Translations under genes and position numbers: made by a program | Shown here: positions 15,171 through 23,443 of the stretch, piece by piece | Position numbering within the stretch: the first letter of the stretch is position 1 | Layout of the letters: each line of letters begins with the position of its first letter | The notes under the pieces: generated by a model | Database searches by the model: none | What the model was told of the DNA's origin: nothing | Seen by the model: the letters and a program-made list of their open reading frames with translations, nothing else | Virus record (IMG/VR): IMGVR_UViG_3300032253_000018 | Location: 1 to 36,528 of that record | Length of the DNA stretch: 36,528 nucleotides | Strand: one strand, 5' to 3' | Source of the DNA: a virus | Lineage: Duplodnaviria; Caudoviricetes

Positions 15171-15386
15171 GTGAGGGTGTGTGATATGGCTATGTTTAAT
15201 TTTAAAGGCTGGAAAAAAGAAATACCTATAGACGAAAATACGTTTAGAAGCGGTTTTGCACGGGTAGCAGTTCCTCCGCCTCTCGACTATTCGGCGTACT
15301 CTGATGAGGTTGTGAGTCAAGAAGCCAGCTATAAAACAATAGAGTTTCGCTGGAATCCATTAATGAACTGGTTTGAGGTTAAATAA
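15171..15386 (+). CDS. Hypothetical protein
   Basis: 71-aa ORF in operon. Confidence 0.6.
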   Translation: MRVCDMAMFNFKGWKKEIPIDENTFRSGFARVAVPPPLDYSAYSDEVVSQEASYKTIEFRWNPLMNWFEVK

Positions 15387-15405
15387 CAATGATTAAGGTG
15401 AGAGT

Positions 15406-15651
15406 ATGAGAAAGCAATTAATATGCCCTTCACATCAAGATGTTATTATAGAAAATAGTCAATGCTATAAATGCAGGATAAAGAATCTAGAAATCGAAAA
15501 AGACGAACTAACCGAAACTAATAAGATGCTTTTAGATTCATTAGAAGGCATTGAAGCCTATATTCTAAATCAATGCGAGACCGGCAAAAAATTAAGTCAA
15601 CCCGCTTTGCTTGGATTCGTAAAAAAAGCAATTAAAAGGGCTGGACAATGA
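15406..15651 (+). CDS. Hypothetical protein
   Basis: C..H...C..C followed by a coiled coil. Confidence 0.65.
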   Translation: MRKQLICPSHQDVIIENSQCYKCRIKNLEIEKDELTETNKMLLDSLEGIEAYILNQCETGKKLSQPALLGFVKKAIKRAGQ

Positions 15652-15722
15652 ACATACTATTAATAACAACCACTCTACTAATAATGGCTAGCTGTGGGTT
15701 CATTATCCCTGTTCCTATGTAG
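15648..15722 (+). CDS. 24-aa putative micro-lipoprotein
   Basis: MNILLITTTLLIMASCGFIIPVPM; ATGA overlap; lipobox-like MAS-C. Confidence 0.45.
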   Translation: MNILLITTTLLIMASCGFIIPVPM

Positions 15723-15746
15723 CTACCAATCGTCATCATCTTCAAT

Positions 15747-15772
15747 AGGGGCGGCTTATGGCCGTCCTTTAT
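15747..15772 (+). terminator. Terminator-like hairpin ending the rightward operon
   Basis: AGGGGCGGC/GCCGTCCTT stem with G-U pairs on the plus strand at the convergent junction; short U tail. Confidence 0.5.
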
Positions 15773-16124
15773 AGGAATTCGTAGCATTAACACCAAAACT
15801 TGCTGAAACAATTGTGCCCCATGCGGTCGTTATAGGTAAAAACAAATCGGTCATGGCATCAATTGCAGATTGAGACTGAGTTACATCACCAACCCCGAAT
15901 GAGTGCATAAAAACTAATGCCGTAGTTGATGCCAAGTAGAACCCGTAGGCTATGCAAGCAAATCGGGATAAGTCTCGACGCATCTTACCGTTAGGATCTA
16001 AAACTTTAACAAATAAGGCTTTAGCCTCCGCTGTTTCTTTGTCGGTTTCAATAGCTTCACTGGCTATACGTTCTACTGATCCAACTATTCCTGAACTAAA
16101 TAAGCTTGTTAATAATCCAATCAT
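15756..16124 (-). CDS. Holin (3TM/GTA-type holin-like)
   Basis: Amphipathic N-terminus, TDKE..EAK, R..L + TM, second TM ending SFG; in the lysis cassette. Confidence 0.7.
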   Translation of the reverse strand: MIGLLTSLFSSGIVGSVERIASEAIETDKETAEAKALFVKVLDPNGKMRRDLSRFACIAYGFYLASTTALVFMHSFGVGDVTQSQSAIDAMTDLFLPITTAWGTIVSASFGVNATNSYKGRP

Positions 16125-16134
16125 GGTCTTACTC

Positions 16135-16437
16135 CTATTCTGGATGATACTTTTTGTTTATATCTTGAAGTTCTTTAATTTGCTTCGTGCACTCTGCGCA
16201 TTCTTTCTTAATAATAATCGTTTTCGTGATAGCTTTTGTTTCATTTGAACCCATCTTATGTAGATGTTCAGTAATAGCTAAGATAGAATCATCTTTTTCA
16301 AGATTTTCATTAGTTTTATAGGCAGAGAATCCAAGTAATCCCGCTATGGTCAATAATGCAGCTAGATTTTTAACGATCCAGTCTGACCAGTACCGAATTC
16401 GCTCGGACATAGACATTTTAGAACGTACCACCGACAC
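16135..16437 (-). CDS. Single-TM coiled-coil protein (i-spanin-like position and topology)
   Basis: N-terminal TM, helical C-terminal part with C..C. Confidence 0.55.
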   Translation of the reverse strand: MSVVRSKMSMSERIRYWSDWIVKNLAALLTIAGLLGFSAYKTNENLEKDDSILAITEHLHKMGSNETKAITKTIIIKKECAECTKQIKELQDINKKYHPE

Positions 16438-16825
16438 TAATCATTGTAATTACATCCTCTAAATCCTTAAAACTTGATTCGGATGTTGCTGAGAGCGTGT
16501 ATAAGTTCCCATTATGCCGCTTCCCAATAGCGAAACTTGGGACACGTTTATCTCGATAATTAACAACAACTAAGCTCCACTGAGGTTTATTCGTTCTATA
16601 ATCGACTTGATGCCCTCCACTTGCGGCTGCTGCTGCAATCGCACCACTTCTGTATAAAGTTGAGGCGTTTACGCCATCTTTACCGTCTACACCATCTATA
16701 CCGTTGGTGCCGTTTATCCCATCTCGCCCGTCAATACCATCTCGAACGCCTGTGTGGTGATGATTACCGCCTGCATAAGCAGATATTGACACCATCATAA
16801 GTAAAACTATATATACTAATTTCAT
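16418..16825 (-). CDS. Minimal collagen-repeat trimeric-autotransporter-like (YadA-anchor) protein
   Basis: Signal peptide (AYA), G-X-X repeats, GAIAAAAA linker, four predicted beta strands, terminal Phe. Confidence 0.6.
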   Translation of the reverse strand: MKLVYIVLLMMVSISAYAGGNHHHTGVRDGIDGRDGINGTNGIDGVDGKDGVNASTLYRSGAIAAAAASGGHQVDYRTNKPQWSLVVVNYRDKRVPSFAIGKRHNGNLYTLSATSESSFKDLEDVITMISVGGTF

Positions 16826-16846
16826 TGTTTAATCCTTAAGTTGTAT

Positions 16847-16942
16847 GTGTGTTATAATCATATCATGGCTAGGCTCATTACCGAACTCAGAGGTCGTTCC
16901 TCTGTTGCCATAAACTTTTTAAAACGATAATTCTTAACGGAG
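16847..16942 (+). promoter_or_regulatory. Extended -10 promoter and structured leader of the HNH gene
   Basis: TGTTATAAT; ATGGC/GCCAT closing stem; CAGAGG-TCGTT-CCTCTG hairpin whose loop is complementary to AACGA/AACGG by the RBS. Confidence 0.55.
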
Positions 16943-16944
16943 AA

Positions 16945-17448
16945 TTGCTCATTATTACTCAAGAACAACTTAAAGAAAATCTGCATTACAACCCAGATAC
17001 TGGTGAGTTTACTAGGATTACTGTGAAGTGTAACGCTATCAAGCGAGGCATTATCAAAACAAAGCCTAGAAGCGGGTATATCTGGATTACGGTTTGTAAA
17101 AAAATATACCCTGCACATCGACTTGCTTGGTTTTATGTTCACGGTGTTTGGCCTGAGCAAATAGACCATATTAACCACGCCAAAGATGATAATAGAATCT
17201 CTAATCTTAGGGATGTGACAAGCTATGAAAACTCTAAAAATCTTTCTCTCTCTAAGAGGAATAATTCTGGGATTGTTGGGGTGTGCTGGTGTAAATATAG
17301 GTTGAAGTGGGTGGCACAAATCCATGTTTATTATAAATCTATCCCTCTTGGCCGATTCAATGATAAATTTGAAGCTATTTGCGCAAGAAAGTCCGCAGAG
17401 CTTAAGCATGGCTATCATAAAAATCATGGAGCTGCCAACTGCAGATGA
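16945..17448 (+). CDS. HNH-AP2 homing endonuclease
   Basis: L.YNPDTG.F, AHRLAW.YVHG.WP..IDHIN..K.DNRISNLR, N.SG..GV.W...KW.AQI...LGRF. Confidence 0.92.
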   Translation: MLIITQEQLKENLHYNPDTGEFTRITVKCNAIKRGIIKTKPRSGYIWITVCKKIYPAHRLAWFYVHGVWPEQIDHINHAKDDNRISNLRDVTSYENSKNLSLSKRNNSGIVGVCWCKYRLKWVAQIHVYYKSIPLGRFNDKFEAICARKSAELKHGYHKNHGAANCR

Positions 17449-17840
17449 GCAGCATCCCAACCGTATGGGATACCGTTAATTAATTTGTTGCTTTTCCAAA
17501 AACCACCCCATTCCAGCCCATAACCTAAGATAGAAGCAGCTTGTAAGTGTGCCGCAGCAACGACAGTTAAGTGGTCTTCTTGCCATGAAGCGCGTCCGGC
17601 GACAAAAGCATAAAAATCTAAGGCATCCCCTGTTTGATGGTAACTCTCATTTACAAAACCATCGGCTTTAGATTTGCCATTCTTAAATAGCACGTTTTGC
17701 CTTTCAGCCGTTCTTATCCCGCCATCGCGTGGTATTCCAAAATCAATATGGCTAATAGTGAGAGCTAGGTCGTTAATCTCAATTAATCGAGAATTAACCC
17801 CATCCCTTCGTTTTTTGGATTTTTCACTAAGTGCAAACAT
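17424..17840 (-). CDS. Endolysin, M15-family (L-Ala-D-Glu) peptidase
   Basis: GG.RT.ERQ..LF..GKS..DG...S.HQ.G.A.D and WGG.W...D..H.Q. Confidence 0.9.
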   Translation of the reverse strand: MFALSEKSKKRRDGVNSRLIEINDLALTISHIDFGIPRDGGIRTAERQNVLFKNGKSKADGFVNESYHQTGDALDFYAFVAGRASWQEDHLTVVAAAHLQAASILGYGLEWGGFWKSNKLINGIPYGWDAAHLQLAAP

Positions 17841-17947
17841 TATGCGAGCCGATATGGTCTTTTGTCTTTCTTGGGTTTTCTTGGTGGTTTTCTTTTATCT
17901 GGCTTTTTGGGTTTTTTCGTACCTTTAATGGGTCTCGCTGTTTTCAT
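17840..17947 (-). CDS. 35-aa Lys/Pro-rich cationic peptide
   Basis: MKTARPIKGTKKPKKPDKRKPPRKPKKDKRPYRLA; ATGA overlap upstream, TAATG overlap with the endolysin. Confidence 0.7.
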   Translation of the reverse strand: MKTARPIKGTKKPKKPDKRKPPRKPKKDKRPYRLA

Positions 17948-18243
17948 TTTTTATTCCTCAATATGATGATATTATCTTTATTAGAGCTAACCGCATCCTT
18001 TAAGTCTACTACGTCCTCTTCTAGCCGCATTACCTTGCCAGATATACGCTCTCTGGCTTTTGTTGCATCTAAAATATAGTCTTGAACACTCTCCAGCGAT
18101 TTATTTATTTGACTTAATTCATAAACAGCGACAGACCCTAAAAGCCCAAGCAAAGGAAAGGTGAATAAGGTGACTATCCCTACAATTTTCATCCACATCT
18201 CTGTCGGTCTATCTGCCACTGGTACGGTTCGCACTTTATTCAC
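17944..18243 (-). CDS. Single-TM coiled-coil protein (holin/antiholin-like)
   Basis: One TM then heptad repeats, upstream of the endolysin. Confidence 0.6.
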   Translation of the reverse strand: MNKVRTVPVADRPTEMWMKIVGIVTLFTFPLLGLLGSVAVYELSQINKSLESVQDYILDATKARERISGKVMRLEEDVVDLKDAVSSNKDNIIILRNKK

Positions 18244-18270
18244 TGTTAGCTCACTTTATTAGATTAAAAT

Positions 18271-18615
18271 CTAGCAATGCCCGTCAATACTTGGGTCAAA
18301 AGGGTTTAGCATATAAGCGCATGTTAATGTTGCGTTACGGAGTCTCCAGCCTTTCGATTCGGCTTTGTGTCGTTCACATCGAGAGGTAAATAACCACTCT
18401 TTCGGGCGTTCTAAAAACATTAATGAGCCAACAATGATATTAAATAGGACATCGAATAATAACGCTATCACGTATAAAGGAATGAATAGATTTCTGATAA
18501 CAGGGTGTATCTTGTCTTTATTGCGCTTTAGATTCATAAAGGCGAGGTAGAATATCCATGTACTCGCGGTTATTGCGTACAGAGATAGAAAAGTTATTGC
18601 TATTGTATATATCAT
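18271..18615 (-). CDS. Conserved phage membrane protein
   Basis: Two TMs, DVLFN..GS..F.E.PKE..T.R...GWR....C...L.PFDP...HC. Confidence 0.75.
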   Translation of the reverse strand: MIYTIAITFLSLYAITASTWIFYLAFMNLKRNKDKIHPVIRNLFIPLYVIALLFDVLFNIIVGSLMFLERPKEWLFTSRCERHKAESKGWRLRNATLTCAYMLNPFDPSIDGHC

Positions 18616-18681
18616 GTATATTAGCCTATAATCTATGTATGGAAATACTATTTATACTCTTCATTTTAATTGTGTATACCG

Positions 18682-18906
18682 CTATAAGTTGCTTTTAACT
18701 GCTTGCTTGAACTCAGTCATGGTTCTAGGTGGTAGCCCCGCTTGCACTCTAAGTAAATTAATCTCACTAAAGATTGTCATAGCAAGGGCTTTAGCTGTTG
18801 GTGTTAATTTTTTAGTTATATTTGCATTTTCTGTTTTTTGTTGATCAAGGAACGCATCGACATCAGCTTGAGTTATTGGTTTTATGCCCATTATACCCAC
18901 CCCCAT
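18682..18906 (-). CDS. Hypothetical protein (tail-associated region)
   Basis: 74-aa ORF coupled to the upstream gene. Confidence 0.6.
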   Translation of the reverse strand: MGVGIMGIKPITQADVDAFLDQQKTENANITKKLTPTAKALAMTIFSEINLLRVQAGLPPRTMTEFKQAVKSNL

Positions 18907-19190
18907 AAGTCTCTAGGTTTATCTGTTGGCAGGGTTGAGTCATCGACTATCTCATAAGCCACCTCATTGAAAGTAAGGTTTGCGGCTTCACTGCGCTTGA
19001 CTAGATCCCCGATGAATACCGCCTTACCATTAATGAATCCATTTTGCGTTAAAATAACTGGAACGTCCATTAAGGCTATCGTTGAGATTGGGCCAGAATC
19101 ACCTTTAGCCGTTAACTCATTTAAGTATTTAGGTGCCGGCCTTAAGACGGAAACGCCGCCAGAACCATTGTTAAATATAATTACATCCAT
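18891..19190 (-). CDS. Tail-fibre-associated small protein
   Basis: II..N..GGVSVL.PA...IA..DVP...YEIVDDS.LP.D..R..W; directly after the fibre. Confidence 0.65.
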   Translation of the reverse strand: MDVIIFNNGSGGVSVLRPAPKYLNELTAKGDSGPISTIALMDVPVILTQNGFINGKAVFIGDLVKRSEAANLTFNEVAYEIVDDSTLPTDKPRDLWGWV

Positions 19191-20404
19191 TACTCATCTC
19201 CAAATACGGTAACAGTTATCTCAGCTACATCCACAACAGTAGATGTGGAATCTGAGATCTTAAAAACAACCGATGATGTTGTTCTTGTTAGCTCTACTGG
19301 CCCACGTAAACTATCGCTTGCTACGCCTGACGCGGTAACTATAGCAGGAAAATTATCATTTCCCATTGTCGAAGATAGATTGACTGTATAACTCCCTACG
19401 CCATTATCAACGATACTGGAAACTCCAAAAGAATCTCTATTAGAAATAGTCCCTGTGCCGTCCATGTTAATCCACGCTTTAACCAGTTTTTGCTCATTTG
19501 TTGGTGTTGGTTCAACTACAGCCGATCCGTCAGCCTTAGTATAAATAGTGCAACGCCACTTGGCCGCCTCAAACTCAACCATCTCCATCTCATCCCCTGC
19601 GGCCGTTGTAATATCAGCGGCACCCGGGAGAATGAAAGAGATAGAATCATAGGTTAACGTTAAAGCTCCATCAAAATGAAGTTTCACAATAGTGTCAACG
19701 CCGACAGTGTTAATAGCACCAATTGTTGCGCTACCAGTAATGTCAAAATAATTACCATCTGAGCCTAATGTTAATGTTGCCGCTGATGCAATGTCTGCGC
19801 CCTTAACAAATCGAGTGTTAGCCGCAGGTCTCCAGTTAGCAGTATCAGAAGAGGGGTTGTTGTTTAAGTTGCTGCTTACCTTCGATAGATATAAATACCC
19901 GTCTGAACCATAAACACTATCACCAACACCGTAAGTTATATTAGCGTTCCAGACACGCCCTAGCCGCAGCATTTCCCAGCTAACAACCGATGTTGTGGGG
20001 TCGTTCCCTTGGTTTCCATCTGAAAGCGACCGGTAATACTCATCATCTGAGCCTACAATAATATCAGGGATATTATAGGTACTATCATTTAGCCATGACT
20101 CAAATTGCCCCTCTGTAATATCCCCAATAGGGTCTCGCGTCCATAATGTAACACCATCATAGCCAGTAGCCGTGCCTGAGTTATCTTGCTGCTCTTCTGC
20201 GTAAATACCATCTAGGAATATCTCAGGCATACGGCCTGACGCATCCGATAGGGCGGGGTTAGCCGTGGAGACGCTTAAACCAGAATCAGAATAAATGGTT
20301 TTTTTAGTCGTAGTCTCAGTCTCGAAGAAGAACTTTTTAGCGCCAGCAATAGGCTTACCATTGCTATCTAATATTTGAGGTACTGAATTAATATATCTAC
20401 CCAC
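19190..20404 (-). CDS. Tail fibre/spike protein
   Basis: N-terminal head-binding-like domain (D.NG.P..G.K..F...T.TKKTIY.D...NP..SD..GR..IFL.G.Y), two W...TY...D.V.GSD repeats, C-terminal KAWIN.DG.G..S.GVSSI.DNG.G.YT. Confidence 0.8.
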   Translation of the reverse strand: MGRYINSVPQILDSNGKPIAGAKKFFFETETTTKKTIYSDSGLSVSTANPALSDASGRMPEIFLDGIYAEEQQDNSGTATGYDGVTLWTRDPIGDITEGQFESWLNDSTYNIPDIIVGSDDEYYRSLSDGNQGNDPTTSVVSWEMLRLGRVWNANITYGVGDSVYGSDGYLYLSKVSSNLNNNPSSDTANWRPAANTRFVKGADIASAATLTLGSDGNYFDITGSATIGAINTVGVDTIVKLHFDGALTLTYDSISFILPGAADITTAAGDEMEMVEFEAAKWRCTIYTKADGSAVVEPTPTNEQKLVKAWINMDGTGTISNRDSFGVSSIVDNGVGSYTVNLSSTMGNDNFPAIVTASGVASDSLRGPVELTRTTSSVVFKISDSTSTVVDVAEITVTVFGDE

Positions 20405-20407
20405 GGT

Positions 20408-22168
20408 TTATTCCTCTTCTTTTGATGATTTTATAGCGTTTACAAGAAATGCAGCATCATTAATCAGTCTTTTGTTTTTTACTGGCATATTTTTAGTAGC
20501 TATTTTCAGCCCTTCCAAGCTAATATCCGGCCTTAATAATAACTCTGTCAATTCTTGTGCTGTTCGTTGTTTAGCAGGCGTTATTTTCATATATGCCTTA
20601 ACGATTTCAAGACCATTCTTACCTGCCTTAACCATTAAATCGGCGTTCTTCCCGCCTTCGCGGGTCAATCTTTGAGCGAGTTTACGGGAAACTGAACCAA
20701 TAAGGGGTACAGCAACAGCGCCGGGGCCACCAAAAGCGGCGGCACCACCAGCGACACCTAGCGTCCCCATTAGCATGTTTGATGCCTGACCTTCGCCGAA
20801 CCCAAAACGACCTAATAACTTAGCAGTATTCTGTAGGCTTGTACCTTCAACGACTTGCCGCATTGCGCTTATCTCGTCAGCAGTGAAGCCTTTTCTTTGT
20901 TTTTTATTATTCAAGATAGATCTAAATTGTGTTCGTATGCCATTTTCAAAACCTGTTGCTTGTAATTGAGCCTTATTAAAAACTTCGGCCAACTGCTCTG
21001 CCTTTTTAACCCTACGCCACAATTGGCGTGCGTCACGATATTTTGCGCCTAGATCAGCGTTCGTTTTAGATAGCTCGTTTTTACCTGCGTGATCTAAAAA
21101 GTCATCCACTCTATTAGCTAGTATAGTGCCTAGTCGAGCCTCGTCCGGCTCAATACTTCTTGCGGCTGCTCCAGTAATTCGTCTTAAACTATCAATCTCA
21201 GATAGTTTTAGGGGCACACCAGACTCAGCGGCTTGTTTAAATTCGGTTAAGGCTACGTCCACTTTCGGATGGATTTTCCTGTGGAATCCTTTTTGCTTTG
21301 CCAGCGTGGTGAGTGATCTAGATAAATTCCCAATACTACGGCTATTGATATTAACGCCACTATTTTCAAGATCACGATAAACACTCCTTGCTGCATTTTT
21401 TAGCCCATCAATAGTTGGGGCTGATTCTGTTAAAAGTTTCTTAGCACTTTTCGTAATTAAAGACTTTCCTGTCTCTTTTGCTATTGCTACACCAAGAGGA
21501 GCGGCAAAACCACCAATCAAGCGACCCACAGCGCGCCCTTTCTCTCCAGCAACTATTTCGCCTGCTTCTGCTCCAACTTCGGAGCCTGCACCCGCTGTAG
21601 CGGCTGCTGTTACGTCTGTTATAGGTTTAGCGGCCATTGTCTGCGCGATTTTTTGGCCAACGGTTGCACCAATTTTAGGGGCTGTCTGAGCTACACCTCG
21701 AATCACCGAACCAACACCAGCAGAAGGGGCTACAAATTCACCCGCTGTTCTCACGGCTTTACGGGCAAGCCCCGGCTCCATCACATTACCTTCGGTTGCC
21801 TTTTGTATAAACTCACCGTCCTTTAACGAAGGAACACGCTTTTCGCTACCAATTAAGCTTAAGCCTGAGTTAATAGTGTCAGGCCCTAAAAAGTCAGCAA
21901 GATTAACCGCGCCTCGATTAATAGCTGAGGCTAATTCAGAAGCAGCCGCGCCAACGTCTGTATTTTCAATGGCTTCGGTTGCTTTACCAAGCATGCTTTG
22001 TTCTGGCTCAGCTTCTTGTTGTTGTAATGGCTTTTCTATAGGCTGCGTTACTGGCTGAGCCACGCCCTGCGAAGCGAATATTTGTTCTAATTCCTGTTCA
22101 GTAGGTGGCGAATCGCCTTCCAGCTCAAGGACTCTTCCATTTGGATCTGTTATTTCATATAACGGCAT
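20408..22168 (-). CDS. DNA ejection/pilot protein (gp16-like position)
   Basis: 586 aa, Ala/Gly-rich, third of three ejection-like genes. Confidence 0.65.
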   Translation of the reverse strand: MPLYEITDPNGRVLELEGDSPPTEQELEQIFASQGVAQPVTQPIEKPLQQQEAEPEQSMLGKATEAIENTDVGAAASELASAINRGAVNLADFLGPDTINSGLSLIGSEKRVPSLKDGEFIQKATEGNVMEPGLARKAVRTAGEFVAPSAGVGSVIRGVAQTAPKIGATVGQKIAQTMAAKPITDVTAAATAGAGSEVGAEAGEIVAGEKGRAVGRLIGGFAAPLGVAIAKETGKSLITKSAKKLLTESAPTIDGLKNAARSVYRDLENSGVNINSRSIGNLSRSLTTLAKQKGFHRKIHPKVDVALTEFKQAAESGVPLKLSEIDSLRRITGAAARSIEPDEARLGTILANRVDDFLDHAGKNELSKTNADLGAKYRDARQLWRRVKKAEQLAEVFNKAQLQATGFENGIRTQFRSILNNKKQRKGFTADEISAMRQVVEGTSLQNTAKLLGRFGFGEGQASNMLMGTLGVAGGAAAFGGPGAVAVPLIGSVSRKLAQRLTREGGKNADLMVKAGKNGLEIVKAYMKITPAKQRTAQELTELLLRPDISLEGLKIATKNMPVKNKRLINDAAFLVNAIKSSKEEE

Positions 22169-23442
22169 TACTTAACCCTTACTTTAAAACGTCCAACTTG
22201 TTGTGTTTCTGGTTTTTCAGTGGACTGTTCAGTTTTTTGCTCTTCTTTTTGTTTGGCCAGCCATCCAGCAGGAGAGCCGTCACCATCAAGGAATATCGCT
22301 TGGTCTTCAAGGTAATTAGCGAGTTTTTCTTGCGCGTTTATCTTATCGTTTACCCATTTTTTAAGCTCTAACGGTTTTAATCCAGTAGGTAAGGCGACAT
22401 CTTTAGCTAAGTCTAATTCACCTTTAGATAATGCGCCAAAAGTAACCGCACCAACCACATCAAGACCAAGCTGAGATTGTAGGTTCTGGAGTTTAACAGA
22501 TGCGGCTCTTAAGTTAGGAAGCATTTTTTCAACTGGACCAGTTTTAGCACCTTCATCAAGCAAAGTTATTGCTTTTCTTAAGTTTCTGTTATTTGCCCGC
22601 ATCTTTGACGATGTGTCAATTAATTTTAATGAGCGTTTAATCGAGCCTTTCCCAGTTTCCCGCTTTCTCGCTCTAAGGCCTTGGAGGTCAGCGGCTCTGT
22701 TTTCAGCTTGTTTGATTATCTTAGAATCAACTTCGGATTGTTCTTTGGTTAAAATATCACCGTTTTTCATAACCATTTGAACAACGCCGCCCGCTAATAT
22801 CTTAGAGGACTGCACTTCATTAGGCTTTATGAGGCTTGCTTTTTGTTGCTTAGCTTGAAGGCTTAGGCGGTCTTTAGTTGATAAAGCTGCCATTTGAATG
22901 CCTGTTAACCCTTGGTTTTGTTGTGCTTCATCTAAATCAAGTAATTGCATAGTATGGCTTGCATCGCGGCCTTGAGATTGTAAAGAGCGCGCGCGCGCGT
23001 TAATCATATCAGCACGCTTTTCAAAAGGCGTATTCTGTAGCTCAGCGGCAAAACGAGACATCTCTTCGCGCTGCAATTCACTATCTAACCCGAACTCTTT
23101 AATAAGTTTATTGGCTTGCACAGGATCGATATTTCTTGCCGCACTGACAATCTCATCTTGACTCATAATGGCCTTGGGCTGTTCAGATAAGGCTTGATCA
23201 CCACCCATGCCAGCCGTTTGAGCGCCTAGCATTTGCTCCTGCTCTGTTTGTGGTTGGGCTTGCCCTGCTTGGCCTAATAGCTCTCGGATTTGAGCTTGTC
23301 GGTCAGTTTGATCTTTTTGTTGCTGCACTCTTCCAGACAAAAGCTCATTTTGTAGCCTTGTGTTTTGCGTACGCTGGCCTTGCTCTAGAATATTTCCAGC
23401 ATTAAAGCCTAAATCAAATCCTCTAACATCTACTAACGGCAT
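22168..23442 (-). CDS. DNA ejection protein (gp20-like position)
   Basis: Start re-assigned to 23442 (GGAGG RBS); Gln-rich helical, TFGALS..EL motif. Confidence 0.65.
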   Translation of the reverse strand: MPLVDVRGFDLGFNAGNILEQGQRTQNTRLQNELLSGRVQQQKDQTDRQAQIRELLGQAGQAQPQTEQEQMLGAQTAGMGGDQALSEQPKAIMSQDEIVSAARNIDPVQANKLIKEFGLDSELQREEMSRFAAELQNTPFEKRADMINARARSLQSQGRDASHTMQLLDLDEAQQNQGLTGIQMAALSTKDRLSLQAKQQKASLIKPNEVQSSKILAGGVVQMVMKNGDILTKEQSEVDSKIIKQAENRAADLQGLRARKRETGKGSIKRSLKLIDTSSKMRANNRNLRKAITLLDEGAKTGPVEKMLPNLRAASVKLQNLQSQLGLDVVGAVTFGALSKGELDLAKDVALPTGLKPLELKKWVNDKINAQEKLANYLEDQAIFLDGDGSPAGWLAKQKEEQKTEQSTEKPETQQVGRFKVRVK

Positions 23443-23443
23443 A

